A program made the translations under genes and the position numbers. The notes beneath the pieces are model-generated. The model was not told the DNA's origin. It was given only the letters and a program-made list of their open reading frames with translations, and did no database searches. Shown piece by piece: positions 20,802-31,528 of a DNA stretch of 64,000 nucleotides. The stretch is from an uncultured Phycisphaerales bacterium. Lineage in GTDB: Bacteria > Planctomycetota > Phycisphaerae > SM23-33 > FEN-1343. The stretch lies in contig CAWAWB010000007.1 of the NCBI GenBank assembly GCA_963785635.1, positions 114,199-178,198 on the forward strand, in the 5' to 3' direction. Each line of letters starts with the position of its first letter. Position 1 is the first letter of the stretch.

Positions 20802-22235
20802 TCAGCACCCTTTCTTTTCAGCCGCCTGCAACGCGCGGATGCAGCGGATGAAGTCGATAATAGAAAGACCCGTGTGATAGCCCGGATCGGCGTCCGGCGT
20901 GGCCGGTATGACATCCACCGGTTTACCCGCCGCGCTGACCGTCTGGTAGGCCATCAGGTGGGCCTTTGGATTCACGAAGTTTTTCACAAAGGCATTGGAA
21001 CAGTCGGCAATGGCCTGGCGAATCTGGCCTAACCGGCTATCGCCCGCGCTTAAAAGCAGCAGTTCGGCGCCCGCCCGCATCGTCTCGGGCAGCGACCACC
21101 AGGGCATGTCGCTGTTGATGGGCGTGCGCGACACCAGATCAAAGGCTTTGTAAATGCCGCCGATGCTGCGAGCAAAACCATTGTCGAAATTCTTCAGGAA
21201 AATGCGCGGCAGGACATCCGCACATCGATCCAAAAGCATTCGCTGGCTAGGCGCCGGGTTGCCTCGCCCTTTCAACTGAAGCAGGACCTTGGCGGCGAGG
21301 CCGACAAACTCCAGGCAGTGGCCGCTGTCGGAAAGGATTTTGCCATCCGCTTCGCGCCAGGGCCGACCCTGGGCATCGATGCTTTCGACAAAATCGTAAG
21401 GCTGGAGTCCCTCAAGCTGCCCCGTGTTTACGTGGCGGTCCAGGATGTAGGTGATGTAATCGCAGGCGATTTGGTAGTAGCGGTCATCAGCCAGAAGTTC
21501 GGCGGCCAACGCCAGCATGCCCAAGCTGATCATGCGCGTGCCGTGGCCGAACTTGCCCGGGGTCGGCTCGACCTTATTTTTGGGGTCGAAGGAAAACCGG
21601 TCGCGGCCGTTGCGGCCGGCTGCGATGTCGTCCAGAATGACATCCAGGTATCGCCCCGCCTCGGCGAGGTTGCCCTGGCGATTGAGGAGCGCCGCCGCGG
21701 CGATCATGCCTTTTACGTAGAAGCGGTCGCCGGAAGTGGTCTCTTCGGTGGGCAAAGTGAAATAGCGCCGCTTGCCGTTGGCATCCAGGTCAAAAAGTCG
21801 GCCCTGCGTGTTGAACACGAACCACACCCGCCCGCCATTGGCCAGGCGGATCTGCTCCATCCGCTCGAACACCTCGGCCGTCATTTTGGTCAAAGCGGCG
21901 ATGCGCTGCTGCTTTTCCTTGTCATTCAGAATCGAGCATTCCGGCAGCCAGCGGATGTGCCCCACCAGCGATTCCAGGCCTCGCCCTTGTATCCAGCCGT
22001 ACACGGCCGTCTTGCCCTTGTAATCGCTGGAATCATCCGCGGGCGTGAGAAAATCCTCGCCCGTCAGCATGGAGAGTTTCGTATCGATGAAGTAATAAGC
22101 AGGATCGCGCTGATAGCGCTCCAGCATGGCGTCCAGAATCGCTACCAGCATGACCTCATAATCAGGTATCGCCTGGGCGATCGCTTCGCCCGTGGCGGAT
22201 TTGATCGGCCGGCCCTTGTAAATGTCATCTTTCAT
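20802..22235 (-). CDS. N-acylglucosamine 2-epimerase (AGE) superfamily protein
   Basis: About 478 aa from MKDDIYKGRP. It has the alpha/alpha-toroid-like composition of AGE/sugar isomerases and lies between nagA and the dehydrogenase. Confidence 0.45.
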   Translation of the reverse strand: MKDDIYKGRPIKSATGEAIAQAIPDYEVMLVAILDAMLERYQRDPAYYFIDTKLSMLTGEDFLTPADDSSDYKGKTAVYGWIQGRGLESLVGHIRWLPECSILNDKEKQQRIAALTKMTAEVFERMEQIRLANGGRVWFVFNTQGRLFDLDANGKRRYFTLPTEETTSGDRFYVKGMIAAAALLNRQGNLAEAGRYLDVILDDIAAGRNGRDRFSFDPKNKVEPTPGKFGHGTRMISLGMLALAAELLADDRYYQIACDYITYILDRHVNTGQLEGLQPYDFVESIDAQGRPWREADGKILSDSGHCLEFVGLAAKVLLQLKGRGNPAPSQRMLLDRCADVLPRIFLKNFDNGFARSIGGIYKAFDLVSRTPINSDMPWWSLPETMRAGAELLLLSAGDSRLGQIRQAIADCSNAFVKNFVNPKAHLMAYQTVSAAGKPVDVIPATPDADPGYHTGLSIIDFIRCIRALQAAEKKGC

Positions 22236-22263
22236 TTCACCGTCCTCGGCGTTACGGGCGAGT

Positions 22264-23392
22264 TCAGCAGATCCTGGCCGCGATGCACCACCTGCTCCAG
22301 CGCAGCTCGTTATTTTCAAACCGCGCCAGCACAAATTCCGCCTCCTGCCCCGCCGCCAGTTGCGGCAGTTCCAGATGGATGATGGAGGCCGGGATTAAGC
22401 TTTGCTGCCGCCAGGCATCGGCCAACGACCAACCGAGCTGGCACATCCGCTCAACGCAGCGATCCGCCTGGAACCAGTTGCCCGCCAGGAGGCGCATATC
22501 TTCTTTCAGGCTGCACCGGCCCTGCGGCTCGATAACTACATTGCCGTAATCCCCCGGCGGCAGGCTGGAAAGGCCGCTGGCATCGGAGACGAGAAAAACC
22601 TTGTCGCGCCCCTTGGCGGCCATCACGGCCATGATTAAATCACCCGGCAGATGCTGACCATCGGCGATCAGCCCCAGTTTCAGCCGCGGCTCTGCCAGCC
22701 AGGTCCATAATGGATTTTCGTGGCGGTGGATCATGGCCGGCGCGCCATTGCCGAAGTGCGTGACGATGTCGGCCCCGGCATCGATGGCCGCGCGAATGGA
22801 ATCGGCCTTGGGACCGCAGTGGCCCATTGAAATCCGCAGCCCTTCCTTCACCGCGCGGCGAATCGTCTCCAGCGCCCCAGGCAGTCTCCGGGTCCAGGTT
22901 GAACATCATGATCCGCCCGCCGGCCGCCTCCTGCATCTTCGCCCATTCATCCCAGTTGGGATCGCGCATGTATTTGGCCGGATGTGCGCCGCGCCAGCCA
23001 TCCTGGCGGGAGATGTACACGCCCTCGGAAAACGCGCCAAACCACAGGTGCTCCAGGTCCTCATCCGCCTGGACCAGCTTGTCGAAGGTGAGCAGGCTGG
23101 CCAGGAGCAGATCGAACGGGCAGGTGGACGTCGTAAACAGCGCGCGGCCGATGCCGTGACGGCGCAGATGGTCGGTGACGATGCGCAACCCCTGGGGCTT
23201 TTCGGCCAGATGATTGTTGGCGTAACCCAGCGCGCCATTGTGCTGGAGGTCCACCAGGGGCGGGGCGATCAGGGGCAGATCATCGCCCTTGCACGCCTGG
23301 ACGCTGGTGATCCGATCACCCGTGATGGTCACTTCGACCGCCTGGCCGGTCAGGGTTTTGCCGCGATATTTCTTCGCCATGCCGCTCTCCAT
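22264..23392 (-). CDS. nagA: N-acetylglucosamine-6-phosphate deacetylase NagA-like amidohydrolase (apparent frameshift near 22850)
   Basis: The N-terminal part (ORF 22640..23392) has the metal-binding VDLQHNGALG region. The C-terminal part (ORF 22264..22851) has ISMGHCGP...THFGNGAPAM, typical of NagA. Confidence 0.65.
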
Positions 23393-23415
23393 CTGGCTAC
23401 TGGAGCTCCAGCAGA

Positions 23416-24475
23416 TTAGATCGTGTACGTCGCCGCCCAGTTGCAGCAGGGGTAGCCTTTAACCACGTGCAGGAGCCCCAGCGTCGGCTCGGCCACCACG
23501 GCCATCGTGGTGTTGTTGCCCTCGGGGTCGGCGTGGCGGCACAGGCCGTCCGGGCTGCCGGTGTGGTCTGCGAAGAAGGACATCGCCTTCTGCGGCGTCA
23601 ACTTTCCTTTTTCTGATTCGATCAATTCCGCCAGTCGGTCATAGCGGAAAAAGGAATTAGCCTCGATGTCCTTGGTCTCAAATTTCATCACCGCCGCGAT
23701 CTTTGGAACGACCGCGTGATTCGTGTGAATGCTGATGCCGTTATTGGCCTTAAGGATGGCATTGCCGCCACCGTTGGTTTCAATCGATAAACACCCGCCC
23801 TGCGCATCACACAGCGTGGCCGTGCCCTTGCTCTTGCGACCGTACTTTTCGATCAGGGCCGCAGCCTCATCCACGGTTTTGCACGACCGCAGCAGCATGG
23901 TCATGACCGTATACTGGATACCCTTCTCGCATATGCCGGATGATGGAATCGCGTTGCGGAAAAGCGACATGCCCGTGGACCAGAAGCCATAACCCACCAG
24001 TTCGCCGGGAAAGGCCGCAAAGATCATGCTGGGTCCATCGCTCATCCGCATCCGCACGACGGACCAGATGTTCAGCCGGTGCAGCGGCGAACACTTGGAT
24101 TGCCCCGAGAGCGGCCGACCGCTCAGCGTGTGTATGCCGGAAACGGCGAAACTGTTCGTGCCTCCCGCCTGCCCCGGCGCAGGAGGCAGCGCGGCCGTCG
24201 CGGCCGGAGGTTTCGCCGCCGCCGGCGGCGGCTGGGGAATCACATCCGTTATGCCGCGGTACAGATCCAGTAGATAGGGTGCATGCTTTGCGACGAGCTC
24301 GTTTCTCGTGAGCAGGCAGGTCCTTCCAGTACCAGGCCGTGTCGATGAAGTGCAGGTCGGGAAACTTTTCGCGCACGATTCGCGCATATTCGCGGCCGCA
24401 CTCATAGGCCGTGCCTTCGATGTCGATCCAGGGGATTTCAGACGAGTATCCTTTGCAGCCGCCGACATCGCTCAT
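23416..24475 (-). CDS. Peptidase C45-like acyl-CoA:6-APA acyltransferase / linear amide hydrolase family protein (apparent frameshift near 24300)
   Basis: The N-terminus is in ORF 23867..24529 (MSDVGGCKGYSSEIPWIDIEGTAYECGREY...). The remainder is in ORF 23416..24468. It is the first gene of a minus-strand operon. Confidence 0.4.
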
Positions 24476-24600
24476 GGTTCGTTCCTTAAAGCGAAAACGT
24501 AAGCATAGCCGAATGGGGCAACCATTCAAGTGAACTTTGCCACAGTCTTGGCACTTGGGGCTTCAGGCTTGAGGAACTGCCGGAGGTATTTACGCCTCGC

Positions 24601-24745
24601 CTAATCCCCCGGATATGTTGCGGGGATTAGCTCCAGATTGCCAACTTGTTCTCCAGATTGCCAACCGTTGGCAATCTGGAAAAGTCCTGTTTTTATTGGC
24701 ATCTTTCGATAAGGTTGCCAAGATTTCCAGATTGCCAATATGCGT
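24601..24745. repeat. 30-bp palindrome (ctaatcccccggatatgttgcggggattag) followed by an array of CCAGATTGCCAA motifs (5 copies). Second copy of the element at 9071..9175
   Basis: Motif copies sit at 24634 (fwd), 24654 (fwd), 24668 (rev), 24713 (variant) and 24727 (fwd). The element lies just upstream of the C45-nagA operon start. Confidence 0.6.
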
Positions 24746-24839
24746 TAACCGAGGCCATACCGAGTGAATTTAGGCAAGATAGATAACCTGGGCAATGTTG
24801 GATTCGAATGGCTCGGCACCCAGAAGTCGGAAAAATCTG

Positions 24840-25110
24840 TGGAAAGGTGGCGAAGATGCGCAAGCTTGATTCACCTTGCGCACCTTCAAAAACAGCTCAA
24901 AAACTGGGCGTTTTTGCCCAAGGTGCGCAAGATGCGCAAGGTGCGCAACGCGAGTGGTGACCAAATGACCAATTTGGTCATTTGGTCAGTATTGTGTGGC
25001 GAACTGTTGGCGCCCTTCGGCCGTTTTTTGCACGTAAGTCCTTGTAAATAAAGGACCGGCTCGAAGAGTGCCACCGTCTAAACCCTTGGCACCCTTCCTG
25101 GCGCCCTTCG
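24840..25110. repeat. Composite intergenic repeat (R2 family) containing TTGCGCATCTTC-type units, a perfect 30-bp palindrome and CTTTATTTACAAGGACTTACG units
   Basis: aaggtgcgcaagatgcgcaaggtgcgcaa (24918-24950) and cacgtaagtccttgtaaataaagg (25031-25054) match, in inverted orientation, units at 52541-52700. The perfect palindrome tgaccaaatgaccaatttggtcatttggtca lies at 24959-24989. Confidence 0.55.
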
Positions 25111-25266
25111 GTTATCCCGCGCGGCAGTCTGGGCAAGCTGCACAATCTGGGCAAGATTCTGGTGAAGCTCTTGAAAGTAGATCAAGGTGGCCAAGAGGAG
25201 AGATTTGGCCACCTTGTTGATCGCTTTGAGCAACTAAATGTTCTTGTTAAGCCTTAAGCCTATTTA

Positions 25267-26205
25267 TCACGGCACCTCCAGGACGATCTTGCCGCGCGTG
25301 TGGCCGGACATGATATCCACCCAGGCGCGGTTGGCCTCATACAGCAGGTACGTCTTGCTCACCACCGTCTTGATGTCCCCGGCATTGGCCAGTTCGCCGA
25401 TCTGGCTGATCCGCTTGCTACTGGCCTGCATGCTGAAGATGGCCGCGTGGACGTTCTTTTTTGCGGCCAGGTCCGCATCCGGACGCTGCGTCAAGGCCAC
25501 GAGGAAGCCACCGGGCTTCAGGACCTGGAACGATTTTTCCTGGATCTCCCCGCCGATCGTATCCAGCACCACATCCACATCCTTGGCGATGGCCCAGAAG
25601 GCCTGGGTCTTGTAGTCGATGACCAGGTCGGCCCCTAGCGAGTTGACAAAGTCCGCGTTGGCCGCCGAGCAGGTGGCAATGACCCTCGCGCCCGCCCAGC
25701 GGGCAAACTGGACCGCAAAGCTGCCCACGCCGCCTGAGGCGCCGTGGATCAGCACGGTCTGGCCATCGCGGAGATTGGCCACCTCGAAAAGTCCCTGCCA
25801 GGCCGTCTGCCCCGCCAGCGGCACAGAGGCCGCCTGAATGTGGTTGAGCTTGGAGGGCTTGGGGCTGAGGAAATCCGCCTTCGTGACGGCGTACTGGGCG
25901 TACGAGCCGCCGCCGGGCGTACTGCCGAAGACTTCCTGGCCCTCGCGCAGATCGGTTGCGCCCTCGCCCACCGCTTCGATAATGCCGGAGAAATCGCCGC
26001 CGGGAATCCACGGGAATTTCAACTGGAGTAATTTACCCGTAGCCAGTTTGACATCCACCGGATTGACCGATGCCGCCTGGATGTGCACCAGCACCTGGTC
26101 GGCCGCGGGCATCGGTACATCCACATCCTCAAAGTGCAATTGTTCGGGGCCGCCATACTGGCCGATCCGCATGGCCTTCATGGTTTTGACGCGTACGGTC
26201 GTCAT
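25267..26205 (-). CDS. NADPH:quinone oxidoreductase / zinc-type alcohol dehydrogenase (MDR) family
   Basis: MKAMRIGQYGGPEQLHFEDVDVP...GASGGVGSFAVQFA. The start MTTVRVKTMKAM has GGAG upstream, and the longer ORF to 26463 is probably 5' read-through. Confidence 0.8.
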   Translation of the reverse strand: MTTVRVKTMKAMRIGQYGGPEQLHFEDVDVPMPAADQVLVHIQAASVNPVDVKLATGKLLQLKFPWIPGGDFSGIIEAVGEGATDLREGQEVFGSTPGGGSYAQYAVTKADFLSPKPSKLNHIQAASVPLAGQTAWQGLFEVANLRDGQTVLIHGASGGVGSFAVQFARWAGARVIATCSAANADFVNSLGADLVIDYKTQAFWAIAKDVDVVLDTIGGEIQEKSFQVLKPGGFLVALTQRPDADLAAKKNVHAAIFSMQASSKRISQIGELANAGDIKTVVSKTYLLYEANRAWVDIMSGHTRGKIVLEVP

Positions 26206-26517
26206 GACATCATCTCCTTGCATTCCAATTTCGTTTGCGACGCAGCCCCCGAGAATTCTATGCGCGTTTTTTGCCGACTGCGGGGATTGCCTGCTGAGAA
26301 ACCTAAACGAACAGCCGGCTCCGCCTTGCACCTCCAATCCCACCCAAAAGGGGCGCTTTTCCGCCTTCTTGTGTTGGCATTTGATTGTTGGAAAGGACAT
26401 TCCCCGGTCTCTTAGTCCGTTCCAGGCATAGAAGAAGCGAGGTGTGCTTACAACTACTTGCAAATTAATGAGTTAAAAAAGTTCGCAATTGGCGATTCGC
26501 AATCCGCAATCCTTATT

Positions 26518-27427
26518 CTACTTATGCACCTTGTCCTGAAGGTGCTTGCGGAAGAGTTCAACCAGCTTGTTATAGGTGGCATCATCCACGACCGGCGCAT
26601 TGGCCGATGCCGCGATGAGCGCACGCACCTGCTGCGGCGTGTTCATGCCGACCACCACGCCGGCCGTCTGTGCGCGGCTAAGCACCAGGCCCATGCCAAA
26701 CTTCACCCAGGATTGCGGCCGGCCGCCGAGCAACTTTTCCACGCGCTGGCGATGTTCCAGGAAGAGATGGCCGCGCTCGTTTTTCAAACGGTCCGTGGCG
26801 GGCAGGCTCTCCCAACTGCCGCGTTCATCGGATAGCGCCCCTTCCGCCAGCGGCTGAAAGGCGATCATGGTCTTGCCGACCTTCGCCAGCAAACCGTACG
26901 CATCGCCGGCAAAGAGGTACATGGAGTTCACATAGGCTGAAAGCGAACCCGCGCGGCCATCCGCCACGGCCGCGCGCAAAATCATCATCGTAGGCGAAGG
27001 CCGAGGTGGCCATGATTTTGCCGCTATCCAGGTACGGTGCGGCGAGGTCGAAGATCTTTGCCTCCTCCTCCCAAGTCCCCGCGCGAATCTGCAAAATCGC
27101 GATGCGCTGGGCCCGCAGGACAGTGAGTTGCCCATCCAGCCAGCGGCCAAATCCTGCAAGTGTAAGATCATTGGCCTCCGTAGGGCACTTGACCATGTGC
27201 AGCAGGTCCTGGCGTTCCGCGCGGCCGCGCAGAAACTCGCCTGTCTGCTCCTGGGCATCGTATTCGAAGCTGGAGTGGATGACATTGATCCCACTATCCA
27301 GCGCCTCATCCAGCGTGGCCTCGGCGACCTTCATATCCGCCGCGCCGCCGCCGGGGGCTCGCAAATAGCGCATCGTGCCGAAGAAAAGTTCCGAGACCTT
27401 CAGATCGCCCAGTTGGCGGAATTTCAT
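26518..27427 (-). CDS. Aldo/keto reductase family oxidoreductase (apparent frameshift near 26990)
   Basis: MKFRQLGDLKVSELFFGTMRY is a typical AKR N-terminus (ORF 26825..27454). The C-terminal half is in ORF 26518..27309. Confidence 0.7.
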
Positions 27428-27464
27428 ACCTTCCTCCCAATTTACAACGAACAACTAAAAGCTT

Positions 27465-29135
27465 TCATCGCCAACGAAAAAGCTTAAGTTTGGCTTCGCG
27501 TTCGAAGGCGTTGCAAACCTCGCGAAGGCGACGGCTTCTAAACTGCTTGAAGGCTGTCCAAACACCCTTTGTCCAGAGACCACTACCATCGTCGTATGGA
27601 ATTAAATGACTCTTCATTATCTCTTTAAATCTTCGCCCCAAGCGTTGCTTATAATGGTCAAGGTACTGTCGCGGAAGACGTGATCCTATCTTCTTGTTGT
27701 CTCTAGCCACAAGAAAACAAATGTTACAAAGACTGTTGTAGGTTCGGGAATCAGCGTGATTCTTAAGCTGCGCGCGTGGGAAGATGTGGTGTCTCTCATT
27801 TCTGTTGGCTACGCTCGCTATCTCTCGAATGGGAATGGCTCCTCCGTTATCTAGGTAACAAGGCTTTTGCTTTGCTAAGAGACAGAAAAACGCTCTCGAT
27901 CGTGAGGAACTAGATGAATACTCTGTGGCTTGTATATCCAATACTGGATCAAGACGTTCGTGAAAAACAAATGACCTTTGTGATCCTTGCGCAATTGATT
28001 TAAAAAACTTTGCATCGGATAGAATATTTCTGTGATACCCCCGGCCGCTATACCTCTGACCAACAGCCGTAGCCCAGAACCATTTTCTTATTTGGAGTGA
28101 TTGGTGTTTATTTGGCTGGCCCGTCTGGTAATAAAAAAAGGCCGTCAACGTTGCCAACATATTCGCGGAAGGTAGAAACGATTCGTTGTAAACTGGAAAG
28201 CGGTGATGCAGATAATCAACGGCATCACAAAAAGCATTTTGGAATTTCTTCCAGGTTTTTTTAAACTTCTTTATTTCATTGGGCTTATCTTTGAGACGCT
28301 TTGACAGGCGTTTGGCCATAGCATCAAGTTTTGGTGGCGCGCCTTTAGCATCCATAGGTTCATCAATAAGATTGAAAGCTAGCAGAATGGTTGCGACGTC
28401 TTTTATGGCAAAGACTTTTTCATGGATTCTCTGACGTAGCTCTTGAGCCATGGCTCTCACATCTATTGTCCCCATGATGGCTATGGCTCGATCTGCTGAA
28501 GTAATTCGCATCCCCTGCGAATTGATCCTGATGAACACTTCTCCAATTTCATCCATATTTTTCGTTCGAACCAAAACGTAAGGAACGACATAACTTAGCA
28601 GGCGTGATCGACATTTTTGAATTTTGCTCACTATTGACTTCGGGTATTTGCGGAAGTTGTTTTTCCAGTCTGGTGCCAAAATACCCTTAACAGGCACGTA
28701 CTCTCTTTCTATTGGTTGTCGATAGACAAATAGGGGCGATTCTTCTTTTCTTCGGTGAGAGTTGACTGAAAAACACAGATGACCGAATTTTATTTTCTTT
28801 CCAGCATCATTCTCCCGTTCCTCGCCTTCAAATGCTTGATGAATTACTGACAGTCTTTGTTGCCCGTCAATTACGAACCAGATGTGCCCATTGCCGGTAC
28901 TGAAAGCCGGAAGTACCCCTGTGGATTGCCGAATCAGGTGTGCTGATTGTTGGGGCAATTCCCAAAGGAAAAAAGAACCGATTGGCATCTGCCGATAGAT
29001 GCTGTCAAGTAGCTTGGCAGATCGACGAGGATCCCATACAAAATTTCGCTGGAGTTTAGGAATCGCAAAGCGTCTTTCCTGCAAATAACGGCGTAATGTT
29101 TGGATTTTGATCTTGCTGAAACTTGCTGGCTCCAT
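27465..29135 (-). CDS. GmrSD-like type IV (modification-dependent) restriction endonuclease, DUF262 + DUF1524
   Basis: The N-terminal DUF262 has QRNFVWD...IGSFFLW and DGQQR. The C-terminal DUF1524 His-Me finger has ERHHIFPRAQLKNHAD. The gene is visibly AT-richer than its flanks. Confidence 0.8.
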   Translation of the reverse strand: MEPASFSKIKIQTLRRYLQERRFAIPKLQRNFVWDPRRSAKLLDSIYRQMPIGSFFLWELPQQSAHLIRQSTGVLPAFSTGNGHIWFVIDGQQRLSVIHQAFEGEERENDAGKKIKFGHLCFSVNSHRRKEESPLFVYRQPIEREYVPVKGILAPDWKNNFRKYPKSIVSKIQKCRSRLLSYVVPYVLVRTKNMDEIGEVFIRINSQGMRITSADRAIAIMGTIDVRAMAQELRQRIHEKVFAIKDVATILLAFNLIDEPMDAKGAPPKLDAMAKRLSKRLKDKPNEIKKFKKTWKKFQNAFCDAVDYLHHRFPVYNESFLPSANMLATLTAFFYYQTGQPNKHQSLQIRKWFWATAVGQRYSGRGYHRNILSDAKFFKSIAQGSQRSFVFHERLDPVLDIQATEYSSSSSRSRAFFCLLAKQKPCYLDNGGAIPIREIASVANRNERHHIFPRAQLKNHADSRTYNSLCNICFLVARDNKKIGSRLPRQYLDHYKQRLGRRFKEIMKSHLIPYDDGSGLWTKGVWTAFKQFRSRRLREVCNAFEREAKLKLFRWR

Positions 29136-29401
29136 TTGGCTCTGTCCTTAGCTGTTGCTGACCTGACCACCCACAGCTAAGTTAGCTAATACTCAGGATT
29201 TCTCAAGGTAAATGTGACCGCGCCAAAGCGCAGAGAACTGTCCATTTTCGGTCGCCGTCTTTTCTGTCTTTGCCTTGCATCCTCGGCCTTCTTGCGTATA
29301 TTGGCCGCTTCGGAACTGCGCGGCGGTCGGCCGCCGCGGCCCTGGGAAATCCGGCTGACTGAACAATTAACGGGCGAACTTCTAAAGGCCCGATGACTTA
29401 G

Positions 29402-30718
<1,317 letters not shown>

Positions 30719-30752
30719 TCGGCGCGAGGGCGCCTTTTCGTTCCTCGCCCGG

Positions 30753-31202
30753 ATGACGTGCATGCTGCTGACGGTGAGCCTGGCGGTAGCCATTCTCGCC
30801 GCGGCCGCGCTGCTGCCTGCCTGGCAGCGGCGCGAGGATGCGCGCATGGAACGGGATGAGCTGGCCCGCCAGGTGTGGATCCAGCAGCGCGTGAGCCAGT
30901 ACAAGAGGGAACTGGCCGACGCCCTCAAGGATGATCCGCGCCAGACCGAGCAACTGCTCATCGAGCAGCAGAACCTCCACCCGCCCGATGCCGCGGCCGT
31001 GCCCATGGATGCAAAACCTGATCCCCCTCTCGTGCAGCAATTGGAGGCCAAGGCGCCCAAGGTTGCCCCTCCCAATCCCGCGCTGGAGAAGCTCGCTCAA
31101 CGCGTGGATGACCCCGCCACCCGTCGCGGATTATTGCTCGTTGCCGGCGTTTTGATGGTCGCGGCGATGATGCTCTTCCAGCCACCGAAGCGGCAGAAGT
31201 AG
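30753..31202 (+). CDS. Small membrane protein with TM helix and coiled coil, possibly an FtsB/DivIC-like septum-formation initiator
   Basis: MTCMLLTVSLAVAILAAAALL is followed by a charged, heptad-like segment. An eno-ftsB arrangement is known in other bacteria. Confidence 0.3.
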   Translation: MTCMLLTVSLAVAILAAAALLPAWQRREDARMERDELARQVWIQQRVSQYKRELADALKDDPRQTEQLLIEQQNLHPPDAAAVPMDAKPDPPLVQQLEAKAPKVAPPNPALEKLAQRVDDPATRRGLLLVAGVLMVAAMMLFQPPKRQK

Positions 31203-31284
31203 CCGCGAAAACTCCAAATCCCAAATTCCAAACGAAGGACAGACCGCCTGCGTGCCTAGGGCCGGCACATAACAAAACAAATAC

Positions 31285-31470
31285 GCAACACAAAAGAGCA
31301 CAAAGGTCACAAAGAGCACCAAGAACGGCCGGAAAAGGCTTTTAAAAAACTCTTCTGAAGTTCTTTTTGGTGAGCTTGGTGACCTTGGTGCTCTTGGTGA
31401 TTTAATGGTTCTTCTTACGTGTTTGGCTTGGTCCTGGTGGTCTTTGTGTTCCTCTTCACTTTTCATTGAC
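31285..31470. repeat. Hairpin repeat element of the CACAAAG family
   Basis: Left arm is cacaaaagagcacaaaggtcacaaagagcaccaag. The loop has aacggccggaaaagg. The right arm is the inverted ggtgaccttggtgctcttggtga...ggtctttgtgttcctc. Confidence 0.6.
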
Positions 31471-31528
31471 AAAAAAACCGAATTCTGGGACAAATATCCT
31501 CTCTAGCCCAAGATGAGGAAGTTGCATC

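Noticed and set aside
24764-25051. 95-aa ORF on the plus strand
   Set aside because: It lies entirely inside the R2 repeat/palindrome region and is AT-rich with repetitive codons. It is more likely repeat sequence than a gene.
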